DNA of 32,000 nucleotides. It comes from Candidatus Methylomirabilis oxygeniifera. Its GTDB lineage: Bacteria; Methylomirabilota; Methylomirabilia; Methylomirabilales; Methylomirabilaceae. The stretch lies in NCBI GenBank assembly GCA_000091165.1, contig FP565575.1, positions 150,001 to 182,000 on the forward strand, read 5' to 3'. Of this stretch, positions 15,722 through 23,259 are shown piece after piece. How positions within the stretch are numbered: position 1 is the first letter of the stretch; every line of letters starts with the position of its first letter. Made by a program: the position numbers and the translations under genes. The notes below the pieces were generated by a model. It worked only from the letters and a program-made list of their open reading frames with translations. It did no database searches and was not told the origin of the DNA.

Positions 15722-18700
15722 TCAGTGATTCGATGCGGCTGATCCTCTCACCCGCTCGATTGTCTCGCGGATAGTCTCGATCAGGTGTGTCAACCCGATC
15801 TTGTTAAAGGTCGGCGAGACACGAACGTCCAGATCTCTCCACCCCAGGGTTGTATGGGAGATTTCAAGTTCATGAAAGACCAGATCGCCGGCTTGCAAGG
15901 TCACATCCAGTACCCCGCGGTCATAGCGACGAGCCACTCCAAACGGGCTGAAATAGCGGATTTGCTGCCCCGCTATCTGCTCGATCAGGGCGCGGCTGAT
16001 CTTTCGTCCCTCTTGTAGGGAGCCCACGGTCCAATACCGCGCGTTCCCGTGTGCCCGGTTGATGGCAAATTGCGGAATCCGAAGATCGAGCAGCCCGTTG
16101 ATCCGACCGCTAATATACCCCTGAAAGGGTCGAAAGGCATCACAAATCGCGCGCAGACTGAGTCCTTCAGTGAGCACGGTCAACTCGATTCCCCCTCCCA
16201 GTGGCTCGACCGTTCCCCAGCCGCTCCATCGTCCACCCCAGGCGTCAAAGGAAAACTGCCGTATGGCGACCTGGTTGTCGGATTGGGCGAGCGCGACAGT
16301 GATGTTGCGGAGTTCGATCGGATCGTAGCGGAGCGAGTTGATGGTCAGTGAGGCGGGGATCTTGGACGGCATCTTCGATAACCGCTCTACTGCCGCCTGA
16401 TATGCCTGTTCTGAAAGGTGACGCTCGCCAATCTGCTCCGAGGGCGACGCTCGATCATCGGAGGCAATCGAACTCTGACCGATCTGGCCGTGCAGCGGGA
16501 TCACGCCGGTTGCGGCTTCCAGACGGAAGAAGTTCGATCTTACGCTGACGTTCTGCAGGGCGAGTGACCCGTGATAGCTTTGGCCGATAAATTCCAGATC
16601 GGCCTGAAGCCGACCGATGAAATGAGCCGCGTCAGGCGGACCTTCCGTTAGGGCGGTAAGCATTGGGCGAAGCGCTGAGACCTCTGTCCACGGGACGGAC
16701 AGGTGAACGCGAGCGGCGTTAGGACTCTTGTGGTCGAGCGGCAGACTGCCTGTGAGGATGAGTGTGAGTCCTCCATCCTCGTGAAGGGCCGTCTTGGGAA
16801 TCGTCAGCAGGCCATTGTTGAGAGCAAAGGGGATTGAGCCCCGCAATCTCATGATAGGCGACGCCGACTGAGTCTTTGCCCGCGCCAGGTTGAGCGAGAG
16901 ATTTCGAATCGTGACCCTGCCGGCGGCCGAGGAGGGTTGCGATCCGCTCAATGTGGCGTCGGCCGAGAGCTCGGCATCGACTGTCACTCCACGTCCTTGG
17001 GCCGTCTTGTCGGTGGAGGCAGACAGGAACTGGGGGCGAAGGCCGCGCACCGAAAGCGCCATGCGTATCTCCCGCATGGGCGTGGTCCGCAAAAATGAGG
17101 CGTGGCCTTGAACATCTCCATCACCGGCGACAACGTGAAGTTCGGGAACTCGAACATAATCGGGGCCAAGCTCGAACCTGGCCCGGAGCGCGCGCAGGCG
17201 TCGGCCGGCGAGGTCGGCCTGTCCGACGGCGAGCGCGCCTTCAAGATGACGCCCCGACATCCCGATCCCTTGGATGGCGATCTGAGCGTGCTGCAGTGTT
17301 GCTGCGCTGTTCATAGCGACAGCGTGAAGTTGTATCGATCGGCTCATGATCTCCGCCTTCCACGGACGACCTACGCCCGGCCACCAGACGTGGATTGAGG
17401 GATCGACAAGTCTCGCGATCGATACGCCTTTGTTGGCCGCCTGGGAGAGCCGGGTGAGAAGGGTCGGCTCGATCTGCAGCTCGGTCGTCATGAGATCGAG
17501 ACTGTCGCGTCCCCATCGCTGTCCGGTTCCCCTCGCGTCGATATGCATGCCCGTAATCGCTGCACGCAGCGACTCGGCGGTGACACCACCGGTTGCCGTA
17601 TCGATGCTGAAGGAGGCTAGGAGCGAGGGGTTGCCGTATCGCTGTCCCAGCAGCTCAAGCGCCTTACCGTGTAGCCCCGCCTGTAGGCGCAGCCTATTCC
17701 CTTCATGCTGAAGATTGAGGTCCCCGGTGAGCCCGATCACGCCAAACTGCTGCGCGGGGAGTTTCAGCCTGCCGTTCTTGAACATAGCCGCAACCTGTCC
17801 AACGGGCGGATCGGGCCAGTTGCCCTGCAGTGTGGTCGGCTCGCCTTCCATGATCCCCGTAAGACCGGAAAGCCAGGGGAGAGGGAACTGATGTGCCAAT
17901 ATGTCGAGATCCGCTCGCCACTCGGCGACGGTCAGCGTATAAGCCGGCGGCCAAGCGACATATCGAACATCCGCTGTCCCTCGAGCCAGCGCCCCTTCCG
18001 TTTCGAACGACCAGTCGGGAATAGTCACGACGTGAGCTTGAGGATTGACACGAAACCGCAAGGCCGCCTGAGCGGTCAATGGGCGTGGTATGCCGGGTTG
18101 CGCAACCTCTTGAACCTGCGCCAGGATCTGCCCTTCAAGCGTATTCTGTAAGGCGCCGCTGACCCGAACCGATCGTCCACTGACGGCGGCTTGCGCCTGC
18201 ATTTCAAGCAGCATGGGAAACGATTTCGGCTCAAGCGCCACGCGTATATCAGTCACCCGATGGTCGCGAATCTGAAGTGTGCCGTTAGTGAGAGAAGCTC
18301 GAGGGAACTGCAATCGGGAGGGTCGGGCGGCCGGCCGCAGATGTCGCTGCACCTCCTGAGCCAACGCCTGAAGATTCCACCGACCGTCGTCAAGCTGTCT
18401 GAAGAACAGTTCGGGGCTCCCTACTTGCACGTCGGTCGGCATAACCTGACGCGTGAGAATCAGCCCAGGAATGTCCAGCGTAGCGGCAAGACGCTTCACC
18501 CGCAGCGCCACACCTCGGCCATCAGGATCGGACAGAATGAGATGATCAATCACAAGGTCTACGGTCAGATTTGGGCGGGGACGGATGTTGGCCTGCCCGA
18601 TGGTGCAGCGAATCCCGTATGGTGCGCAGGCGAATCTCCGGAGGAGGAGAGGGAGAAAGAGCGTGATCACAAGCAGACCAACGACAACCGCTGTCGTCAG

Positions 18701-18787
18701 TCCTAGCAGCAGGACGATCAGCGTCGATTTAAACTTTCTCAATGGTAGAAGTCTCCGGTTGCATCCACTGGGGTTCATTGGGCACAT
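15722..18787 (-). CDS. AsmA-family giant envelope protein (YdbH-like; putative intermembrane lipid-transport bridge)
   Basis: 1021 aa with GAGG 5 nt upstream. It has a single N-terminal TM anchor (LIVLLLGLTTAVVVGLLVITLFLPLLL), followed by about 950 aa of repetitive beta-rich sequence without other TM segments. It lies immediately upstream of a DUF1318 gene, as in the E. coli ydbH-ynbE-ydbL operon. Confidence 0.6.
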   Translation of the reverse strand: MCPMNPSGCNRRLLPLRKFKSTLIVLLLGLTTAVVVGLLVITLFLPLLLRRFACAPYGIRCTIGQANIRPRPNLTVDLVIDHLILSDPDGRGVALRVKRLAATLDIPGLILTRQVMPTDVQVGSPELFFRQLDDGRWNLQALAQEVQRHLRPAARPSRLQFPRASLTNGTLQIRDHRVTDIRVALEPKSFPMLLEMQAQAAVSGRSVRVSGALQNTLEGQILAQVQEVAQPGIPRPLTAQAALRFRVNPQAHVVTIPDWSFETEGALARGTADVRYVAWPPAYTLTVAEWRADLDILAHQFPLPWLSGLTGIMEGEPTTLQGNWPDPPVGQVAAMFKNGRLKLPAQQFGVIGLTGDLNLQHEGNRLRLQAGLHGKALELLGQRYGNPSLLASFSIDTATGGVTAESLRAAITGMHIDARGTGQRWGRDSLDLMTTELQIEPTLLTRLSQAANKGVSIARLVDPSIHVWWPGVGRPWKAEIMSRSIQLHAVAMNSAATLQHAQIAIQGIGMSGRHLEGALAVGQADLAGRRLRALRARFELGPDYVRVPELHVVAGDGDVQGHASFLRTTPMREIRMALSVRGLRPQFLSASTDKTAQGRGVTVDAELSADATLSGSQPSSAAGRVTIRNLSLNLARAKTQSASPIMRLRGSIPFALNNGLLTIPKTALHEDGGLTLILTGSLPLDHKSPNAARVHLSVPWTEVSALRPMLTALTEGPPDAAHFIGRLQADLEFIGQSYHGSLALQNVSVRSNFFRLEAATGVIPLHGQIGQSSIASDDRASPSEQIGERHLSEQAYQAAVERLSKMPSKIPASLTINSLRYDPIELRNITVALAQSDNQVAIRQFSFDAWGGRWSGWGTVEPLGGGIELTVLTEGLSLRAICDAFRPFQGYISGRINGLLDLRIPQFAINRAHGNARYWTVGSLQEGRKISRALIEQIAGQQIRYFSPFGVARRYDRGVLDVTLQAGDLVFHELEISHTTLGWRDLDVRVSPTFNKIGLTHLIETIRETIERVRGSAASNH

Positions 18788-18988
18788 GCAACCTCAGCCC
18801 AATCATACGCAAGGATGGTAAAAAATGGTAAACAAAGCCGACATCAGTGCGGAGGATATTCTCGTATTCACATTCCTACCACATCCGGGTCACCCCTATG
18901 CGTATTACGGTGGAGGCGCAACAATATCTGTCACCTCTACCGACGTATCTGTAGCGCTGAGCAGGTTGTGATAAGAGGGGAAAAGTTC

Positions 18989-19019
18989 TTGACAACTGTA
19001 AGAATCAGTCTACCATAAT
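18989..19019 (+). promoter_or_regulatory. Candidate sigma70-type promoter upstream of the LuxR-type regulator
   Basis: TTGACA (18989-18994) followed by TACCAT (16-nt spacer) or CATAAT (19-nt spacer). It is about 80 nt upstream of the ATG at 19097. The spacer holds the 10-mer AACTGTAAGA, which is also found at 19943. Confidence 0.35.
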
Positions 19020-19096
19020 TTTGAAAGCTCGCCATTTTGACTGTTTTTGGCCGGTAACAGGAGATTTTATACAGTACGACGTGGGGGAATCGGCCA

Positions 19097-19747
19097 ATGG
19101 ACCTTATATCGGTCATCATTGCTGACGACCATACGCTCTCTCGAGAAGGGCTTCGACTGCTGTTAGCGCAAGAGCCGACCATCTCCGTGGTCGGAGCGGC
19201 TGATAGCGATCAGGCGATCAGTATGGCAGAAGCCCTGCAGCCGGATATTGTGCTTTTAGCTGTGAATATCCAGGAGTTGAGTGCTCTCAATGCGCTTTCC
19301 CTGATTCGCAAGAAATCTCCCCGAACCGATGTGTTGATTCTCTCCGGATGTCCTGATGATGAGCTTATGAGCGCTGCCCTGCAACTGGGGGCCAAAGGGT
19401 ATGTGTCGAAAATGCTCAGTCATAAGGATCTCGTAAAAGCCATCCGGGTCGTTCATGCCGGAGAGATCTGGGCGGGACGCAAAGTCCTGGCCGGAGTACT
19501 GGAAAGCTTGCGTCACAAGACACACGAGACGAATCGCTCCTTCTCGGAGACGCAAGAGGCTCTGACGGATCGGGAGCAGGAAATCGTAGGATGGGTCATC
19601 CAAGGGATGACCAATAAAGAGATCGCCGCCCGACTTGAGATCAGCGATAAGACGGTTAAGGCGCATCTAAGCAATATTTTCAGTAAGTTGAAGATTAGTC
19701 GACGATTAGAACTCGCTCTGCACCAGATCGTAGGACAGTCGGACTGA
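19097..19747 (+). CDS. NarL/LuxR-family response regulator with HTH output but lacking the phospho-acceptor Asp (atypical receiver)
   Basis: 216 aa. Receiver features are IIADDH, S at the T/S position and GAKGYVSK. The C-terminal LuxR HTH is LTDREQEIVGWVIQGMTNKEIAARLEISDKTVKAHLSNIFSKL. The NarL D59-equivalent position reads PDIVLLAVNIQE, with Ala55 (GCT, 19259-19261). Confidence 0.85.
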   Translation: MDLISVIIADDHTLSREGLRLLLAQEPTISVVGAADSDQAISMAEALQPDIVLLAVNIQELSALNALSLIRKKSPRTDVLILSGCPDDELMSAALQLGAKGYVSKMLSHKDLVKAIRVVHAGEIWAGRKVLAGVLESLRHKTHETNRSFSETQEALTDREQEIVGWVIQGMTNKEIAARLEISDKTVKAHLSNIFSKLKISRRLELALHQIVGQSD

Positions 19748-19894
19748 CCTGTTGCCTGCCCTTATTACCTCCTACACTCTACCCAAAGTCCTACGTCTAT
19801 TTTTTTGTTACAATACGCCAACCGGCCGATTGACGAAAAGCGTCACGTGAACGTATCTTATCTACAAGAAATAGTCAAATGACGACTTACTTTT

Positions 19895-19922
19895 GAGTGT
19901 AAGTGTAACCATTAAGTGTAAC
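19895..19922. promoter_or_regulatory. Cluster of AGTGTAA direct repeats upstream of the second receiver gene
   Basis: GAGTGTAAGTGTAACcattAAGTGTAAC. The 9-mer AAGTGTAAC occurs at 19901-19909 and 19914-19922, preceded by a third AGTGTA unit. The region is AT-rich intergenic sequence. Confidence 0.3.
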
Positions 19923-20089
19923 TATAAGGAAATGCCTGCGAGAACTGTAAGAGTGTGGCGGTCGAGATGGGGCATGATGTGGCATAACTGTTGCTTAAAT
20001 AAAGACTTAGAGATGAGGATAGTTGACGATGGATCATGGCGTTGGGTCAAGCCTTTTAAAGAGCCGATAGGCCGGCGGCGGGTGACCAT

Positions 20090-20578
20090 ATGACATCTGT
20101 CATCCATGTTGTTATTGCTGAGGATAGCTTAGAACTGTCCGAGTTATACCATGAACGGCTCAGCATTGCACCGGACTTGGAGGTCGTCGGAGCCGCGCGC
20201 AGCGGGCGGGAGGCGATCGCTGCCGTAGGACGCCTAAACCCGGATATCTTGACCTTGGACATAGACTTGCCTGACATCAGTGGGTTGGAGATCCTCCCTG
20301 TCATCAGATGGTGCAGCCCGACGACAAAGGTGATCATTCTCTCGGGCCACAATGAGGAGGCAACAATCGTGGAAGCGCTCGAACTTGGAGCGAAGGGATA
20401 CATTGTCAAGGGTGATGGGACCGACGTGGTAAAGGCAATTCGAGTCGTACAGAGCGGGGAGGTGTGGGCCAGGCGGCGAGTCGTGGCTCGCGTACTCGAT
20501 CGGTTGATTGGTCTAGCCATGGGTACGTTCCAGGAAACGGAAAGGCAAGCCGTGCCTGTACGAGTTGTGTTGTATTAA
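20090..20578 (+). CDS. Stand-alone receiver-domain protein (NarL-type REC, no DNA-binding domain)
   Basis: 162 aa. It has VIAEDS, the canonical acceptor context PDILTLDIDLPDISG (Asp57, 20258-20260), ILSGH and GAKGYIVK. The linker VKAIRVVQSGEVWARRRVVARVLDRL is paralogous to that of the upstream regulator, but the ORF stops before any HTH. Confidence 0.85.
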   Translation: MTSVIHVVIAEDSLELSELYHERLSIAPDLEVVGAARSGREAIAAVGRLNPDILTLDIDLPDISGLEILPVIRWCSPTTKVIILSGHNEEATIVEALELGAKGYIVKGDGTDVVKAIRVVQSGEVWARRRVVARVLDRLIGLAMGTFQETERQAVPVRVVLY

Positions 20579-20623
20579 ACCGTATTATCTGAATCGTCGA
20601 TAGTTAGAGGGGAGGGTACGGCA

Positions 20624-21940
20624 ATGTGTGCCTCAGGGGTAGATCGCGGAAGTCGTATACGTTGTGCAGTGACTGCGCTCCTTCTGGTCGCCTTGGCGGC
20701 GATCACGTCGGAGGCTATCGCAGGAACACCCCTGTTTAATCGGCCGCTTGGCGAGGTTCGCGGGACGGCGCTCGCGCAGGTCTCCTTCGACGGGAAGAAC
20801 TGGATCTCGTTGGGCGCAGGGACGCTTCCTGTGTTCGATAAGATGCTGATCAGGGCCAGATCCGGGGTCGTGACTGTGAGCCTGTCCGACGGAAGCCAAC
20901 TGGAAGCGGGCCCTACGACAGAGCTGGCGATTACCGCAATGGGACCTTCCACGATCGCGCGCGTGGTAGAGGGTAATGTGCTGTTTAGATTACGGCCCGC
21001 CTCGTCTACTCGGCTGTCGATGCCGGGAGGAGTGGTTCACAGTGCCGCCGGCGGCATGAGCCGTGCCGATCAGATGACAGCGGCCCGCGTCAGCACGGGT
21101 ACACAGACTCAGCGAGACGCGCTGGGTGTGATTACCGCTCAGAAGGTGGGGCTGCCTCGAGTTCGCGTACTGGCTGGTGTGGTGGTGCTGGTCTCGCAGA
21201 ACGGCGCCGTCACAGAACGGCTGCGAGAAGGGCAGGCGCGAACCTTACTCGCTCAATCGTCCGGGATGGTTCCATTCAAACAGTATGCAGCCGCTCAGCC
21301 CGGCGGACAGCAGACCCCTCCGCCGACTGATCCTCCAAGTCAGGCGCCAACGGCTGAGCATGTCTGGACATGGCATCCCTCTCACCCTCAGCAGGTTCAG
21401 GGCGGATGGCAGGAGATGAGGTTGGACATGCCGCCGACAGCACCTCCTCCACCTTCGCAGGAGGTACGCGAAGGTTTTGCGTGGGCGTGGAAAGATCAGT
21501 GGGTGATTGCCAAACGAGAGTGCGGTCAATTTGCGATGTTCCGTCGGGAGTCCAATGAGGACTCGGCCAAGCTTCCGCCGCCGGTCGACCCGCCATCCCA
21601 GGCACCAAAGGCCGAGCATGTATGGGCATGGCACCCGTCGAACTCGCCACAGGTATGGGGTGGGTGGCAGGAGGTGCAACTTGGTTCTCCACCTGATGAT
21701 CCACCTCGGCCGGAACAGGAGCTGTATCGAGGCTTTAGCTGGGCCTGGGAAGAAGAACCTGAAAAACGATGGGTCGTTGTTGAAGAATGCGGTCTGGCTG
21801 CGGCGTTCTTTGCCCCGGCGGGAGGTGGGATTGCGGGATTGGTAATCGGCGGTGCGACAGTAGGGGCCATAGGTGTCGTACCGGGAACGGTGACTGGTCA
21901 TGGGGACGAACCCATTGCCAGTGACGTGTCCCCTAAATAA
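20624..21940 (+). CDS. Exported FecR-domain-like protein with two Trp/Pro-rich 86-aa tandem repeats and a C-terminal Gly-zipper hydrophobic segment
   Basis: 438 aa with a GAGGGGAGGG SD and a signal peptide (VTALLLVALAAITSEAIAG). The block G.V.G.A...S.DG..W..L..G..L...D.I....G...V.LSDGS.L is FecR-like. The repeats start at PPPTDPPSQAP and PPPVDPPSQAP. The tail is GGGIAGLVIGGATVGAIGVVPG followed by 17 acidic or polar residues. Confidence 0.7.
   Translation: MCASGVDRGSRIRCAVTALLLVALAAITSEAIAGTPLFNRPLGEVRGTALAQVSFDGKNWISLGAGTLPVFDKMLIRARSGVVTVSLSDGSQLEAGPTTELAITAMGPSTIARVVEGNVLFRLRPASSTRLSMPGGVVHSAAGGMSRADQMTAARVSTGTQTQRDALGVITAQKVGLPRVRVLAGVVVLVSQNGAVTERLREGQARTLLAQSSGMVPFKQYAAAQPGGQQTPPPTDPPSQAPTAEHVWTWHPSHPQQVQGGWQEMRLDMPPTAPPPPSQEVREGFAWAWKDQWVIAKRECGQFAMFRRESNEDSAKLPPPVDPPSQAPKAEHVWAWHPSNSPQVWGGWQEVQLGSPPDDPPRPEQELYRGFSWAWEEEPEKRWVVVEECGLAAAFFAPAGGGIAGLVIGGATVGAIGVVPGTVTGHGDEPIASDVSPK
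21317..21832 (+). repeat. Two in-frame 258-bp tandem repeats inside the FecR-like gene
   Basis: Unit 1 starts at 21317 and unit 2 at 21575. At protein level, PPP(T/V)DPPSQAP(T/K)AEHVW(T/A)WHPS....QV.GGWQE(M/V).L..PP..PP.P.QE...GF(A/S)WAW.......W(V)(I/V)...ECG..A.F is conserved. The DNA differs at many synonymous sites. Confidence 0.85.
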
Positions 21941-21949
21941 AATAGCCGA

Positions 21950-21983
21950 CATCCGTCTGTCCCGTTCTCGGGACGAAGGGATG
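21950..21983 (+). terminator. Long hairpin between the FecR-like gene and the Wza-like gene (no T-tract)
   Basis: CATCCGTCTGTCCCG-TTCT-CGGGACGAAGGGATG. It forms a 15-bp stem with 2 mismatches and 1 G-U pair. The core GTCCCG/CGGGAC is perfect. No U-run follows. Confidence 0.35.
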
Positions 21984-22018
21984 TGCAGGCGATCTGTGCG
22001 CGAACGTAATGGGAAAAG

Positions 22019-23122
22019 GTGGAAGATCGAGAGATGTTAGAGCAGAGGGTTATGCCTGGTAGGGAAATAGCCGACCATATCCTGATCCTGTTGTTCGGGG
22101 TCGTATGTGTGCTCTTCACCTTCGGTTGCGCGACAAGTTCCGGAATCTCAAAGACCGAAGCCTTGATCGCCAACGCGACACGCGACGAGAGTCGTGACAA
22201 TTTGGCCCTGAACAGTAGGATACTTGCTATGGCCAGTCCGGATAGCCTGTCCGGCGATTATCGATTGGGGACAGGCGATCTGCTGGAGATTTCTGTCTTC
22301 GATATCGCCGAGCTCAGCAAGATCAAAGCCCGAGTCGGTGCGGAGGGATTGATTACGCTCCCACTGGCGGGAACCGTGTCGGCCGGCGGAAAGACGGCTA
22401 TGGAGCTTGAGGAGGCCGTAAAGGCGGCGCTTGGCTCCAAGTATATCCGGGATCCTCAGATCAGCGTCTTCGTGCTCGAGCATCATAGTCACCGGATCAG
22501 CGTCCTTGGGGCTGTCAAGAAACCCGGCGTATTTGAGGTCAGCGGGCCGCGCTCGGTGGTCGATATGCTGGCGATGGCTGAGGGGCTGACTGAGCAATCC
22601 GATCAGATCGTCTATCTGATCCGTAAGGTAGCAAAGTCGCCGGTCGTGCCGGACCCACTTGGTGCGCAACCCCAGAGCGGGTCCAATGGGAAATCCACTC
22701 AGGAAGCGGTGCTCGAAATCAACCTGGAGGAGATGCTGGTCAGTGGGAAGGAGGAGTTGAACGCCCCACTTCAGTCCGGAGATGTCGTCCACGTTCCAAA
22801 GGCGGGCAGCTTCTTTGTGGGGGGAGCGGTCCTGAAGCCTGGTTCGTATCTCTTGAAGGGCAGGGACGTCACGGTTGATCAGGCGATCATCGAAGCCGGC
22901 GGTGTCACGAAGGTCGCGGATTTTGAAGGCGTCAAGATATTTCGCGAGCTGAAAGGACAACAGAAGCAGATCATTGAGGTCAATCTCAACGAGATTGAGC
23001 AGGGCCAGAAAGGCCCCCTTGTGATGAAGAACGACGTCATTTTGGTGAGTAGCCATGGAGTCAAGTCGTTCTGGTTCGGTTTCCTCGAATTTATCCGATT
23101 CGGAGTTGGGGCATCTTTCTGA
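22019..23122 (+). CDS. Polysaccharide export outer-membrane protein (Wza/GumB/EpsE-like; Poly_export + SLBB)
   Basis: 367 aa from the GTG at 22019. The ATG at 22034 or 22052 is a more plausible start (MPGREIADHILILLFGVVCVLFTFGC, possible lipobox). YRLGTGDLLEISVFD......K..V...G.ITLPL.G.V.A.G.T..ELE..V...L is the Poly_export signature. The C-terminus is hydrophobic. Confidence 0.85.
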   Translation: MEDREMLEQRVMPGREIADHILILLFGVVCVLFTFGCATSSGISKTEALIANATRDESRDNLALNSRILAMASPDSLSGDYRLGTGDLLEISVFDIAELSKIKARVGAEGLITLPLAGTVSAGGKTAMELEEAVKAALGSKYIRDPQISVFVLEHHSHRISVLGAVKKPGVFEVSGPRSVVDMLAMAEGLTEQSDQIVYLIRKVAKSPVVPDPLGAQPQSGSNGKSTQEAVLEINLEEMLVSGKEELNAPLQSGDVVHVPKAGSFFVGGAVLKPGSYLLKGRDVTVDQAIIEAGGVTKVADFEGVKIFRELKGQQKQIIEVNLNEIEQGQKGPLVMKNDVILVSSHGVKSFWFGFLEFIRFGVGASF

Positions 23123-23155
23123 TTATGCATGAAGACATATGTCTCAAGCGGCTTG

Positions 23156-23259
23156 TCATTCCGGGCTTGATAAGCCTGCCCCATACTTGATACGGGGGAA
23201 TCCAGTCGGGCCCTTGGATACCGGCTTCCGCCGGTATGACGGACTCGCGGTAAGCCGCG
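23156..23259. repeat. Multi-hairpin intergenic repeat of the 'VIP..GIQ / WIPA.AGMT' pseudo-peptide type
   Basis: One frame reads VIPGLISLPHT*YGGIQSGPWIPASAGMTDS. The hairpins are ATACCGGC-TTCC-GCCGGTAT (23218-23237, perfect 8 bp), GGCTT-GAT-AAGCC (23164-23176) and CGCGG-TAAG-CCGCG (23246-23259). Confidence 0.5.

Noticed and set aside
18815-19182. Small ORFs in the asmA-like/RR1 divergent intergenic region (67 aa on the plus strand; 81 aa on the minus strand)
   Set aside because: They have no SD, are rich in rare codons, and overlap the promoter candidate and the RR1 start. They are most likely non-coding.
21317-21832. Possibility that the 258-bp tandem repeat is a DGR template/variable-repeat pair or a recent slippage artefact
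   Set aside because: Differences between the units are spread over all bases, not adenine-specific, and many are synonymous. No reverse transcriptase is nearby. The pattern fits an old in-frame duplication under purifying selection.
21245-23056. Long minus-strand ORFs (235 aa at 21245-21952; 302 aa at 22148-23056) opposite the FecR-like and Wza-like genes
   Set aside because: These are shadow ORFs. The plus-strand frames have SDs, signal peptides and family motifs, and the antisense translations are Arg-rich with no features.
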